Part shown: piece after piece, positions 27,456 to 38,372 of the stretch
How positions within the stretch are numbered: position 1 is the stretch's first letter
How the letters are laid out: the number at the start of each line of letters is the position of its first letter
Origin: an uncultured Thermoplasmata archaeon
Lineage (GTDB): Archaea > Thermoplasmatota > Thermoplasmata > Lutacidiplasmatales > UBA184
Reading direction: 5' to 3'
Length of the DNA: 64,000 nt
Assembly: GCA_963749205.1 (NCBI GenBank)
Contig: CAVVLW010000007.1
Span: 390,794-454,793 of the forward strand
Translations under genes and position numbers: made by a program
The notes under the pieces: model-generated
What the model was told of the DNA's origin: nothing
The model's input: the letters and a program-made list of their open reading frames with translations, nothing else
Database searches by the model: none

Positions 27456-28868
27456 ATGGCACAGGCAGCTTCCGAGGTCACTCCGCTCGACTACACGCGG
27501 TACGACTTCAAGAATCCGGAGACGTATCGGCTCCGGATCGCCAAGGGCCTCTCCCGCGAGGTCGTCGAGCAGATCTCCAAATTCAAGGACGAGCCCGACT
27601 GGATGCTGGACTACCGTCTGCGTGCCTACGAGCACTTCGTCCAACGCCCGATGCCCGACTGGGGCCCGAGCCTCGACGAGATCGATTTCGACGCGTACAC
27701 GTACTACGCTAACCCGATGCTCGAAGGGGAGACGAAGAAGAGCTGGGACGACCTGCCGGCGGACATCAAGAACACGTTCGAAAAGCTCGGGATCCCGAAG
27801 GCCGAGCGCGAGTACTTCGGCGGCGTCGGCGCTCAGTACGACAGCGGCACGATGTACCACAAGCTCCGCGAGGACCTCTCGGCCAAGGGAATCATCTTCT
27901 GCGACACCGACACCGCGGTCAAGGAGCACCCCGAGATCGTCCGAAAGTACTTCGGCAAGATCATCCCGTACAACGACAACAAGTTCTCCGCGCTCAACAG
28001 CGCCGTCTGGTCCGGGGGCAGTTTCGTCTACATCCCGCCCGGCGTCGACTGTAACATCCCGCTCCAGGCGTACTTCCGCATCAATGCGAAGAACGTCGGG
28101 CAGTTCGAGCGGACGCTGATCATCGCCGACAAGGGCGCGAAGGTCCACTACATCGAAGGTTGCACTGCCCCGGTCTATTCGACCGACTCGCTGCACGCCG
28201 CGGTCGTCGAGGTCGTCGCGGAACCGTACGCCAAGGTCCGCTACACAACGGTCCAGAACTGGTCGAAGAACGTCTACAACCTCGTCACGAAGCGTGCGGT
28301 CGCCTACGAGCAGGCCCTGGTCGAATGGGTCGACGGCAACATGGGCTCGAAGGTGACGATGAAGTACCCTTCCGTCTTCCTCAAGGGGCGCGGTGCCCGC
28401 GCCGACATCCTCTCGGTCGCATTCGCGAGCGAGGGTCAGATCATCGACTCCGGAGCGAAAGCCGTCCACTCGGCGCCGGACACCTCGAGCAAGATCATCG
28501 CGAAGTCGATCGCTATCCGCGGCGGGCAGACCAGCTACCGCGGGCTCCTGCATGTCGCCCCCGGCGCGACGGGCGTGAAGGCCGCGGTCCGATGCGACGC
28601 CCTGCTCCCGGACGCATTCGGTCGCTCGGACACCTACCCCTACAACGAGATCCACGAAGAGGATGCGACCATCACGCACGAGGCCGTCGTCGGCAAGATC
28701 GGAGAGGAGCAGATCTTCTACCTGATGAGCCGCGGTCTCAACGAGTCGGACGCCATCCACCTGATCCTAATGGGTTTCCTCGCCGAGTTCGCAAAGGAAC
28801 TCCCGATGGATTACGCCCTCGAGCTGAACCGCCTTATCCAGCTCGAGATGACCGGCTCGGTCGGTTAG
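27456..28868 (+). CDS. sufB: Fe-S cluster assembly scaffold SufB
   Basis: MAQAAS..KGLSREVVEQISKFKDEPDWMLDYRLRAYEHF..; GSKVTMKYPSVFLKG..; HEAVVGKIGEEQIFYLMSRGL. Intact. Confidence 0.95.
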   Translation: MAQAASEVTPLDYTRYDFKNPETYRLRIAKGLSREVVEQISKFKDEPDWMLDYRLRAYEHFVQRPMPDWGPSLDEIDFDAYTYYANPMLEGETKKSWDDLPADIKNTFEKLGIPKAEREYFGGVGAQYDSGTMYHKLREDLSAKGIIFCDTDTAVKEHPEIVRKYFGKIIPYNDNKFSALNSAVWSGGSFVYIPPGVDCNIPLQAYFRINAKNVGQFERTLIIADKGAKVHYIEGCTAPVYSTDSLHAAVVEVVAEPYAKVRYTTVQNWSKNVYNLVTKRAVAYEQALVEWVDGNMGSKVTMKYPSVFLKGRGARADILSVAFASEGQIIDSGAKAVHSAPDTSSKIIAKSIAIRGGQTSYRGLLHVAPGATGVKAAVRCDALLPDAFGRSDTYPYNEIHEEDATITHEAVVGKIGEEQIFYLMSRGLNESDAIHLILMGFLAEFAKELPMDYALELNRLIQLEMTGSVG

Positions 28869-28881
28869 AACCGGCGAGCGG

Positions 28882-30320
28882 TCAGGGACGCCGGTCCTTC
28901 CCGGGGTGCGGGGGCAGAGAGCCTACCGGAAGTTTGGCGTCGAAACGCCACTCGGGGGCGCTCTCGGTCCCCGTGACCACCAGTTCAGGCAGGGCGGGGA
29001 ACGCCTCGGGCGCCCAGGTGATCTCTTCTCCGTCCCACCGGGCCGCGACGAACGGGTAGAGGATCTCCTGCAGGCCTGCGATCGGGGCGCGGTCGAGGAC
29101 GTAGGAGAGGAATCCCTCCCCGATCATCCGGACGCAATCCGAGGGAGCGATCCCGCGCGATTCGAGGTAGAAGACCTTCTCGGGGTCGACGGGGGCAACG
29201 GACGTGGAGTGCGTCGCCTTGACGTCCCGGCAAAGGATCTCGAGGATCGGGATCGTGTCCGAACGGGCTCCCCGGGATAGCAGCATCGCGTGCTCCGAGA
29301 TGAACACCAAGGTTCGGTTCGCCCCGGCCTCGATCCGGACAAGTCCCCGGCTCATCCCGCGCGAATCGTCCCGGAACACCCCGCGCGTGACCGATTGGCC
29401 GTGGGTGTCCGTCGCGACATGGGTGAGGTCGACCGAGCTGTCGAACGATTGGTTCTTGGCGCCGTAGAACGTCTGCAGGTCGTTGACGTGCGACCCGGTG
29501 CCCGGAGAGCGTCGTGTGGTTGCGGATCTTCGTGCGGAACCCCCCGAGACCGTTCCACAGCCATGCCAACCGCCCCTCCGCTCCAGTCGTGGCAGTCCGC
29601 CGGTAGATCGACACGGTGCGCAGGTCCGGGGCGTGGACGGTGAGGAAGACGGTCTTCGAGCGCTCGCCGAGGTCTAGGTCAGTGCTCGAAGCGTATAGTC
29701 GCTGACCCGGTGGAGCGTCCGGGGTCGTGTAGACCTCCTCCGTGAACAGCAGCTGGGTCTTCGCGCCCGCCCGGATCGAACCGCCGGACCGAGAGCGCCT
29801 CGTGGGGAACCGAGAGCACGGTGAGGTCCTGGACGCGCATCGGCTCCGTGAACCCGTCCGGGATCTCGAGGTGATATCCTCGATTCAAGAGTGCCGTCGC
29901 GAGGGCGGAAAGCCGGTCGACCGGCTCCTCAGCGCCTCGAAGGAACCGCTCTACGTCCGGGGCCGGCCCGCCCCAGACATCCGAGAGGGTTCGGACCGAG
30001 ACACCGGCCGACTTGAGCTCGTGCGGCAGGTGGACGTGGGTGCCGGCTGAGTCCAGGACCACTCGGATCGAACCCGGGATCGGCTGTGGAAGGGGGACGT
30101 GCGCCCCGTGGGCCGCGGGGTCGAGTTCCGAGAGGTCGACGTTCGTAAAGTAGCCATATCCGCGGAAGAGCGGATTGGGCTCTATCTGCAAACGCTGAAA
30201 TCGGTCGTAGGCGTCCTCCCGGGCGGAGACGAACGAAGGTGGGTCCGAGAGCGATCGAGAGAGCTCGTGGACCTGGTCTGGGGAGAGCCACTGCTCGAAT
30301 TTGGGGACGGCGGCGGCCAT
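28882..30320 (-). CDS. sufD: SufD (SufB/D family), convergent with sufB; two frame breaks (near 29775 and 29500)
   Basis: ..FYGAKNQSFDSSVDLTHVATDTHGQSVTRGVFRDDSRG..LLSRGARSDTIPILEILCRDVKATHSTSVAPVDPEKVFYLESRGI. Confidence 0.75.
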
Positions 30321-30459
30321 TGGATTTACACACCCAGGGGTGTTTATAAGAAGAGTACTCCCCGTGGGGCGACTCCGATGCCCGGTCGGTGGTCGCCGCC
30401 GGCCGGGCATCTTCAATTTATACCGTGGACCGGTTCGTACCCTCGCCGAGGTGGCAACG

Positions 30460-30852
30460 ATGGCTTACGACATGTACCAAGAGGTCATCTTGCAGCATTA
30501 CCGGGCGCCGAGAAACTTCGGACCCCTCGAGGGAGCCGACCGGGTCGGAGAGGAATCGAACCCGCTCTGCGGTGACCACATCACCGTTCGATTGAAGGTC
30601 GACCCGGCCTCGCAAACGATTCGCGAGGTGCGATTCCAGGGGGACGGGTGCGCGATCAGCGTCGCGAGCACGTCAATGTTGACCGAGAAGGTCGCGGGCC
30701 TTTCCCTCGAGGAGGCCGGCCGTCTCTCGGCAGACGATGTGCTGAAATCCCTCGGGATCCCTCTCTCTCCCGTGCGGGTGAAATGCGCGCTCACCGGCTA
30801 TTCGGCGCTCGGCCACGCCCTCCACTGGGCCCCGGTCCTCCCGAAGGCCTGA
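30460..30852 (+). CDS. sufU: SufU/IscU-like Fe-S scaffold or sulfur acceptor
   Basis: LQHYRAPRNFG..NPLCGDHITV..FQGDGCAISVASTSM..VKCALTGYSAL. Confidence 0.85.
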   Translation: MAYDMYQEVILQHYRAPRNFGPLEGADRVGEESNPLCGDHITVRLKVDPASQTIREVRFQGDGCAISVASTSMLTEKVAGLSLEEAGRLSADDVLKSLGIPLSPVRVKCALTGYSALGHALHWAPVLPKA

Positions 30853-30935
30853 CCTCTCTTGCGTGGGCCTCGCTTTAATAGGGTCGCGCCGGTGGAACGA
30901 CCCGGAACGCGCTCGGCGCCTCCGGCCCCCGGAAC

Positions 30936-31136
30936 GTGATCGAGATCGACCCCGACGTCTGCGTGCTCTGTGGCCTCTGCACCGGAGTCTGCCCTCCGAA
31001 CGCGATGGTCCTCACCCCCTCTCGACTCGAGGTGCTACCAAGTTGCACGGAGTGCGGCTGGTGCGTCCCGTACTGCCCCGTGGGTGCGATCTCAGGGGGT
31101 CGGCGCGTGGTCCGCCGAAGGCGGCCCGATGACTGA
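30936..31136 (+). CDS. 2x[4Fe-4S] ferredoxin
   Basis: 66 aa. CVLCGLCTGVCP and CTECGWCVPYCP. Confidence 0.75.
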   Translation: MIEIDPDVCVLCGLCTGVCPPNAMVLTPSRLEVLPSCTECGWCVPYCPVGAISGGRRVVRRRRPDD

Positions 31137-32580
31137 GCCGACGATTCCTCGACGGGCCGGCTCCCCTCGCGTCCTCCTCGTCGACCCGTACGTTTCCCGG
31201 GAAGACCCGATGGAGCGAAAGTTCGTCGAGCTGTATCCTTCTCTCGGCCTCCTGACCCTCGGCGCGTACCTTCGGGACCAGGGGATCGAGGTCGCTCTGA
31301 CCGACCTTACTTTCGCGCGCGACGCGCGCGTCCCGTGACGACACGGCTCCGGTCGTTCCTTCCCGACGTCGTCGGGGTGCACACGAAGACGCTCACGTAC
31401 GGGCGGGCGGTCGACGTCGCCGCACGCGCGCGGGCCGAGGGAGCGTTTGCGGTCGCCGGGGGGCCCGACGCGGCGACCCGGTCCGAGGACTACCTCGACG
31501 CCGGGCTTCGACGCAGTCGTCCCCGGCGAAGGGGAGGGGGCCCTGGTCGACCTCGCACGAAAGATCCACCGCGGGGAGGACCCGGCGGGTATCTGCCGGT
31601 CTCCTCCTCCGTCGAGGCGGCCGGCTGGTGCGCGGACCGCCATCGACCGTTCCTCCGGGACCTCGACGCGCTTCCGCTTCCCGCGTGGGACCTGGTCGAC
31701 ATGGACGGATACCTCGGCCGCTGGCAGCGAGCGACCGGCGAGCGACGCGCCGCCGTGCTGACCTCGCGGGGCTGCCCGTTCGATTGCTCGTGGTGCTCGA
31801 AGCCGACGTTCGGCCGGACGTTCCGCCAGCAGTCGCCGGAGCGGGTGATCGCGGAGCTGCGGAAGCTCAAGGAAGCGCTACCGCGTCGATTACGTTCGGT
31901 TCTGCGACGACGTGTTCGGGGTCTCGCGCACCTGGATCGACCGGCTGCTCGACCCTGCTCATCGAAAAGGACCTCCACCTCCGCTGGGAGTGCCTCGCCC
32001 GGGTCGACCTGCTGAAGCCGGACCTCCTGCGACCGTATGCGCGAGGCGGGCCTCGAGCGGGTCTACGTCGGCGTGGAGTCGGGGAGCCAGAAGATGCTCG
32101 ACCTGATGAACCGAGGGACCCGCCTCGCCCAGGTCGAGCGCACCGCGGACGCCCTCCGGCGCGAAGGGATCCGGCAGTTCTGGTTCCTGATGCTCGGGTT
32201 CCCCGGGGAGACGCTCGAGGACATCGAGGCGACCCTGAAACTTTTCCGTCGAGTTCAGCCCGGAGGAGTACTCGGTCTCGATCGCCGTACCCGTCCCCGG
32301 CACGCGGTTCCACGAGAGCGTGAAGAACCGCCTCACCGGTCGGGCTCGCTCGTCCCGTCGTGCCGGCGGGAAGACCCTGCTCTACGAGGCCGCGTACCCC
32401 GAGGTGCTCTACCGATGGCAGCAAGCGCGTTTCGGCCTCGAGGCTGCGCTAGGGAAGGCGCGGGGCCGGATCTCCCCCCGGGTCGTGGAGAGCATCGGGA
32501 AGGCCGCCGACCGTTTCCACGTGAGGGTCGCGACGCCGATGTTGGTCGGAAAGAAGCCACCCGCACGGGCCGCGCCGTAG
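31129..32580 (+). pseudogene. B12-binding-domain radical SAM protein, about 8 frame changes in 1.45 kb
   Basis: Pieces across three frames: RVLLVDPY..LGLLTLGAYLRDQGIEV; PDVVGVHTKTLTY..AGGPDAT; FDAVVPGEGEGALVDL; DLDALPLPAWDL..LTSRGCPFDCSWCSKP; YRVDYVRFCDDVFGV; LERVYVGVESGSQKMLDLMNRG..MLGFPGET. Confidence 0.7.
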
Positions 32581-32820
32581 GGTTCCTCACGCGTCAGCCG
32601 CGGGCGACCCGCGGATGGATCGGGCAGGGCCGCGCGAGGCGGCAGAAGCGGCACTTTTCCGGGGGGACGGGAGGGATCGGTTTCCGAAGACGACCGTACT
32701 TGCGGCGGGGCATCGGAGTGACGGGGTCCCCAACCGCGCCCTCCCTTTCAGTCTGGCGGAATCGCGTCGCGATCGCGCCCCGCTAGTGGACCTTTTGAGC
32801 CTCCTCGACCCGTCCCTCGC

Positions 32821-33927
32821 GTGGAGTTGCTCGACGGACTGGCAACGCCGGAAGGGACCACCCGGTTCCGCGACCGAGGGGTGGAGAAGCGACACCTCCC
32901 CCAGACCCACTTCCGGGCAGCCCCCGGCCGCCTCGCGCTCAGTTCGCTGGGCCTCGGGACCTACATCGGTCCGCCCGACGCGACCACCGACCTCGCCGTC
33001 GAGCACTCCGTGGCGGTCTGTCTCACCTCGGGCCGGGTGAACGTTCTCGACACCGCGATCAACTACCGCCACCAGCGCGCCGAGCGCAGTGTCGGCCGGG
33101 CTCTCGCGCGACTCCTGGAGAAGGGCGAGATCACTCGGGACGAGGTGTTCCTCGCCACCAAGAGCGGGTACTTCGCGCCGGACGCGGAATCTCGGCTCTC
33201 TCCCGAAGAGTGGGTCCAGCAGGAACTCCTTTCGTCCGGGGTAGTGAAACCGTCGGAGGTCGTGGACGATTGCCACGCGATGACGCCTCGCTACCTCGCC
33301 GACCAGTTCGACCGGAGCCGAAAGAACCTCGGCGTCGAGGCGATCGACCTGCTGTACCTTCACAACGCGCCGGACGCCCAACTTCCCGTCGTTGGCCGCG
33401 AGGAGTTCGAGCGGAGGCTCGAAGCCGCCTTTGGCTTCTACGAGGAGCTGCGCGCGAAGGGGGTGCTCGGAGCCTATGGGATCGCGACATGGGACTGCCT
33501 TCGCGTGCCCCGGGCAGAAGCGGGCTACTATTCTCTCGCGTCCGCGGTCCGCATCGCTCGGAAGGTCGGCGGGGAGCACCATGGGTTCCGGTTCATCCAG
33601 TTCCCGTTCAATCTGGCGATGCCCGAGGCGGCCGCGGTACACAATCAGCTCGTCGGCGAGGAACGGCTCACCCTCTTCGAAGCCGCGGGCCGCCTCGGCG
33701 TGGCCTGCTTCACGAGCGTTCCGCTCCTTCAAGGCCAGCTCGCTCGCGCCGGCCCGAAACGCCGCGGGCTTTCGGCCGCCCAGACCGCGCTCCAGTTCGC
33801 CCGGTCCGCACCGGGGACGCTCGGTCCCCTGATCGGACAGAAGACCTCCGAGCACCTCGCCGAGAATCTCGAGATCGCATCGCTGCCTCCCTGGGACGCG
33901 GCGGGATTCGCCGAAGTCCTGACCTAG
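32821..33927 (+). CDS. Aldo/keto reductase
   Basis: LGLGTY..VNVLDTAINYRHQRAERSVGRAL..FLATKSGY..IDLLYLHNAP. Intact 368 aa. Confidence 0.85.
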   Translation: MELLDGLATPEGTTRFRDRGVEKRHLPQTHFRAAPGRLALSSLGLGTYIGPPDATTDLAVEHSVAVCLTSGRVNVLDTAINYRHQRAERSVGRALARLLEKGEITRDEVFLATKSGYFAPDAESRLSPEEWVQQELLSSGVVKPSEVVDDCHAMTPRYLADQFDRSRKNLGVEAIDLLYLHNAPDAQLPVVGREEFERRLEAAFGFYEELRAKGVLGAYGIATWDCLRVPRAEAGYYSLASAVRIARKVGGEHHGFRFIQFPFNLAMPEAAAVHNQLVGEERLTLFEAAGRLGVACFTSVPLLQGQLARAGPKRRGLSAAQTALQFARSAPGTLGPLIGQKTSEHLAENLEIASLPPWDAAGFAEVLT

Positions 33928-33933
33928 GCCGGC

Positions 33934-36540
33934 TCAGGGCGGGGGAATCCGAGCGCGGCCGGCCGGGGCGACGGTCGGCTCGCTTTCCGCCTCCGGAGCG
34001 GGCGTCGCGGACGACCCTGTGAGGAGCTTCGAACGGCCGTCGACCTTGACGACCCGCACGACCCGGTCAGCAATCCCTGCCAGAGCGTCCTCGTGGGAGA
34101 CGATGATGACCTGCGGGAGGGCGAGCGCGTCCAGGAGCTCGCCCATCCGGACCACCTGCTCGGGGGAAAACCCGTCGGTCGGTTCGTCCAACAGGATAGT
34201 ATCGAGGCGCAGGCTACCGAGCGACCGGACGACCTGGGCGAGGGCGAGCCGGAACGCGAGCGCTAGGCTGGTTCGCTCGCCCCCGCTCAAGGCCTCCGCG
34301 GGCGTCCACTCCCCCTCAATCGCGACCGCGGGGGTGAACGCGACGTCGGTCCGCGCGACGAGCGCGGGGTCGTCGATCAGGGTCGCGAAGTACCGCGAGA
34401 AGTTCCGTTCGAAGGCGACCTGGGCGTGCATCAGCAGCTTCTGCTCCATGGTCAGCACCGCGAGCCGGAACGGACCAGTGACCCACGCCGCTTTCGCGTC
34501 GAGGTCGGTCGCCTCGGCGACCCGACGCGCCCGTTCCGACCGGCCACGCTCGGCCTCGCTCACGCGCCGCACCGCCTCGTCGAGACGCGTGTCGACCCGC
34601 ACGAGCGTTCGGCGTCCGTCCTCGACCGCGTCCTCCTCCGCGCGCCGTCGGTTCTCGGCGTCCCGAAGTCGTCCGCCCTGAGCGTCCGCTCCCTCGAGGA
34701 GCCGCCCCAACTTTTCGATCCGCCCGACCCTTTCCTCGCTCCGCCGGCAGAGCGCGGCCGTCTCGAGGTCGATCCGGGCCACTTCCGCCTCGAGCGCCTC
34801 GGCCGCGGCCGTCGCGGCCTGGGTGCGCTCCGTCGATAGGAGAGCTCCCTCGACGCTCGCAGCCAAACGGGAACGTTCGGCCTCGGACGCCTCCAGCGCC
34901 GCCCGGGCGATCTTCTCCTGGCTCTCGGCCGGGGTCGCTCGGGTACGACGAGCGTCCGCGTCGGTGACCGCCGCCGTCACTTCGGCGAAGGTGTCGGTCG
35001 CCGCGAGGGCGAGGGACTCTGCCGCGCGCACGCCCTTCCGTGCCTGAGCGCGTTCGCGCTCGACCTGAACCCAGCGTTCGTACGCCCGTTCATACCGCTC
35101 CCGAGAGCGTCGCTCCTCCTCGACGTGCTCTCGCTCGCCGGTCGCCCGTCGGTAGGCCGCGTCGGCCTCCCCGGACTGCTGCTCCGCCTCGAGACGGTGC
35201 GGCTCGAATTCGGGCGAACGCACGGTTTGCCCACACCGCGGACAGACCCCGGCGGCGAGCAGGTCCTCGAATTCGTGGAGCGACGTCTGAGCTCGGGTCA
35301 ACGCCGTGAGCGCAGATCGTTCCCGCTCCCGCATCTCGCCCAGCCGTCGGTCGATCGCATCGAGCGCCTCGGCCGTCGGCTCGGGCGGCTCGTGGGTCGG
35401 GCCTTCCTTGAGGGCGCGCTCCAACGTCGATCGAGCAGTCTCCAGCTCGGCCGCGGAGTTCTCGACCGCTCTCCGGGCGGGGAGGAGTCGCCGTTCCGCG
35501 GCCAAAAGGTCCGCGCGCGCCTGGTGGAGCTGGCGCAGATCGGTGGAGAGTTCGTCGAGCTCTCCCCGCAAACGCGCTCGCTCGGCGTCCGCGGCCGCGA
35601 GGGCACTCTTGCGAGGGTCGAGCTCGTTCGCTTCGCCACGAGCGGTTTCCGCCTCGCGACGACGTTCCGCGATCGCGCTCACCCGGTCGGCTCGAACCCG
35701 CGCGCGTCCGGAGAGGGCCGCTGCGTCGGCGTCGTCCTCTCGGGTGAGGCTCGCGAGCTCGCGTCGGTCCGCGTCGGCCTTGCGGACGGCGTGGTCGAGC
35801 TCCTCCACCTCGGCTCGCACGGCCCGCGCGGCCACCGCCCGGCGCTCGATCGCCTCTTCGAGCGATACCCTTTCGACCCGGAGCCGGTCGGCGTCCTGCG
35901 ACGCCGCCGCGAAATCGTCGTCAAAGTGACGCAAGAGCTCCGACTCCGACCGCAGGGCGTTCGCCGTCCGACGGAGGTCGGTCGCGAGCTCCTGGGCGTT
36001 ATCGGCGGCGAGGCGGTACTTCTCGACCCCGAGCGCCTTGCGGACCGTCTCTAGGCGGTCCTGCGGCTTCGCCGCGAGGATGTCACGCATCCGCTCCTGG
36101 GGGACGTACACCGCCCATCGCCAGAGGTCCGAGTGGGCCGTGGGGTTCGGGTTGTCCGGGAAGCCGAGGAGTTCGATCACCCGCTGTCGGAGCTCGGTCG
36201 CGGAGTACTCGGTCTTGGCTCTGTCCACCGAGAAGGAGATCGCCTCGGGCTCGAACGTCTCCCGGCCTTTCCGGCGGACCCGGCGGAACCGGCGAGAGAT
36301 ATCGTACCGATGCTCCGCGTCCTCGAAGCCGACCGCGACCTCTGCGTGCGCCCCCCCATGGCGGACCAGGTACGCCGCGTCGACCTCCGACGTGCCGAAG
36401 AGCGCCATCTCGATCGCGTAGAGGAGGCTCGTCTTCCCTGCGCCCACGTCCCCCGAGATCAGGGTCGTCCCCGCGCCGAAGTCCAGCGCGCCGGATTCGT
36501 AGCTGCGGATGTTCTTGACCCGAAGATGGCGCAGTCGCAC
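33934..36540 (-). CDS. rad50: DNA double-strand break repair ATPase Rad50
   Basis: GTG 36540. LRVKNIRSYE..LISGDVGAGKTSLLYAIEMALFG; long coiled coil; zinc hook GVCPRCGQ; LSGGERTSLALAFRLAL; ILLDEPTDGFS. Confidence 0.9.
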   Translation of the reverse strand: MRLRHLRVKNIRSYESGALDFGAGTTLISGDVGAGKTSLLYAIEMALFGTSEVDAAYLVRHGGAHAEVAVGFEDAEHRYDISRRFRRVRRKGRETFEPEAISFSVDRAKTEYSATELRQRVIELLGFPDNPNPTAHSDLWRWAVYVPQERMRDILAAKPQDRLETVRKALGVEKYRLAADNAQELATDLRRTANALRSESELLRHFDDDFAAASQDADRLRVERVSLEEAIERRAVAARAVRAEVEELDHAVRKADADRRELASLTREDDADAAALSGRARVRADRVSAIAERRREAETARGEANELDPRKSALAAADAERARLRGELDELSTDLRQLHQARADLLAAERRLLPARRAVENSAAELETARSTLERALKEGPTHEPPEPTAEALDAIDRRLGEMRERERSALTALTRAQTSLHEFEDLLAAGVCPRCGQTVRSPEFEPHRLEAEQQSGEADAAYRRATGEREHVEEERRSRERYERAYERWVQVERERAQARKGVRAAESLALAATDTFAEVTAAVTDADARRTRATPAESQEKIARAALEASEAERSRLAASVEGALLSTERTQAATAAAEALEAEVARIDLETAALCRRSEERVGRIEKLGRLLEGADAQGGRLRDAENRRRAEEDAVEDGRRTLVRVDTRLDEAVRRVSEAERGRSERARRVAEATDLDAKAAWVTGPFRLAVLTMEQKLLMHAQVAFERNFSRYFATLIDDPALVARTDVAFTPAVAIEGEWTPAEALSGGERTSLALAFRLALAQVVRSLGSLRLDTILLDEPTDGFSPEQVVRMGELLDALALPQVIIVSHEDALAGIADRVVRVVKVDGRSKLLTGSSATPAPEAESEPTVAPAGRARIPPP

Positions 36541-36548
36541 GACTCCCC

Positions 36549-37832
36549 CTAGCCCGACGCCGCCGCGTCGGACCCCGAGGATGCGGCGGGCCGCGTCGAG
36601 ACGCGCGTTCGCGTAGTCCTGGCGAGACTCTCCTTCCGACTTCGGGATCCCGAGCTCGCGCACGAGCTCCCGCACGAGGCGTTCACCGTCCTCGCCCGCG
36701 AGCCACGCGGAAGACAGCTCCCCCGCCTCGAGGAGATGGCCGATCTCCGTCGTCTCGACTTCGGCTTCGGTCGTTGTCCCCGCTCCGGCCGCTTCGGGCA
36801 GTTCCAGGTCGCTGACGTCCCAGTGGACGGTGCCAGCGGACTTTCCCTCGTTCCGGGCGACCTCGGTGAGCGCGAGGGCCGCGACGCTCCCGTCCGCGAG
36901 CGTGCCGCGAATCTTCGGGAAGACGAGCGTCCCGGGCCGGTCGTTCGCCTCCTTCACCATCGCCGCCACGCTGCGGTGGGCCTCCTCGGCGGACTGGCCC
37001 GACACGTCGATCTCGATCAGGCGGATCGTGTCCCGGGGAGCCGTGTCGACAAATTCCACGGAAGCCGTTCCGTGGTCGACGGTGACGATCGCGACCCCCT
37101 GGTGCGTCCGCCCCGCCTCCCCGTGGACGAGGTCGGTTCGGCTGGTCCCGAAGACCGCGCCCGGGTTGACGAGCTGGCCTCCGCCGGGGCCCTCTCCTTC
37201 GTACGTGTAGTGGATGTGCCCGCCGGCGTAGTAATCGCATCCGGCGGGGAGGTCGTCCCTCCGGATCCCCCGGATATGGGGGCGAAGCTGGGCGGCAGGT
37301 ACTCCTCGACTGCCGCGTGAAACTGGAAGATCTTGAAACCCGGTTCGGCGCGGAACGCCTCCGAATCGACGGCCCGGAAGTACCCCCGGTCGAGGCCATG
37401 GGACCGGCCCGAGATCCCCGCGATCCGGGCGCCGGTGGGCTCGTCGACCCGGAACGGCAGGGTCCACCGCGTCCCTTCCGTGCGCACCGCCTCGGGGGCG
37501 ACCTTCAGGAAGACGCCCGCTTCCGCCAGGACGTCGAGCCAGCTCGTCCGGTGGGCGACGTAGTCGTGGGACCCGTAGATCGCGTAGACCCGGCGTCCCT
37601 GCTCGACCAGAGCGCGGAGCGCAGCGGCGACGGGCGCGACCTCGCCAGGGTCGGGCACCGGGGTGTGGAAGAGGTCGCCCGAGATGAGGAGGAATTCCGC
37701 GTCCCGCTCGGAGACGACCCGCAACGCGCGCAACACGCTCTCGCGCAGGGCGGCCCGCACCGCAGGGTCCCTCGGCCACGCGCCGACGTGGGCGTCCGCG
37801 AGGTGAGCGAAGACGAACCGGTCGGTGGGCAT
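36549..37832 (-). CDS. mre11: Mre11 nuclease (frame break near 37295; C-terminal frame/stop uncertain)
   Basis: FAHLADAHVG..LLISGDLFH..IYGSHD..; then DYYAGGHIHYTY in the second frame. Confidence 0.85.
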
Positions 37833-37875
37833 ACCCGACCCCTACCGGGACGCGGTGCTCGAGGTCGAGCGCCCG

Positions 37876-38296
37876 TTACCGGAGGGGGTGGGAGGCGATC
37901 GGATCACCCATGCGTTTCGACAGGGCCGCGAGCAGTCCGGCGCCCGCCCCCATCGCGAGGATCCCGACCAAGAGGAGGTCGTCCGCCGAGGAGACCGGCC
38001 GTCGCCAAGCGGGGCGGGGGCGGAGGAGGACCGGACGCGGCGGCCGAGGGAGTCGGGGCCCCGGAGCTCCGGTAGGCTGTTGCGCGGGCGAGGTCGTTCG
38101 CCCGCGCGATCATCGCCTGCATCAGGTTGAACAGCTCGGTCGCCTCCTCCATAGTTATCTGGCGGTTGCGCAGCCGGCCGGTGAGGTAGTTGTACCGCTG
38201 GTTCCGCGCGGGCCGGGTCGGTCGACCCGGCACTACCCGAGGATGCGGAGGGGTTCCCGGCAGGTCCGTACACGGTTGCGCGGGGCCCCAACCCAC
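37876..38296 (-). CDS. Small hypothetical protein with C-terminal TM anchor (frame break near 38010; start uncertain)
   Basis: ..ITMEEATELFNLMQAMIARANDLARATAY..Pro-rich.. then DDLLLVGILAMGAGAGLLAALSKRMG..* in another frame. Lies directly upstream of mre11 on the same strand. Confidence 0.25.
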
Positions 38297-38372
38297 GCAG
38301 CCTATTCAAGCATCGCCCGGGTCCCCGCGCCGTGAAGGACACCTTATAGCGGGTGCCCGTCTTCTTGGGCCG

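Noticed and set aside
33934-37779. 1281-aa ORF suggesting an Mre11-Rad50 fusion
   Set aside because: An alternate frame ends in TAG at 36549-36551, just before a GGGGGAG element and GTG 36540, which starts a canonical Rad50 N-terminus. This is probably another indel artefact in the Mre11 C-terminus.
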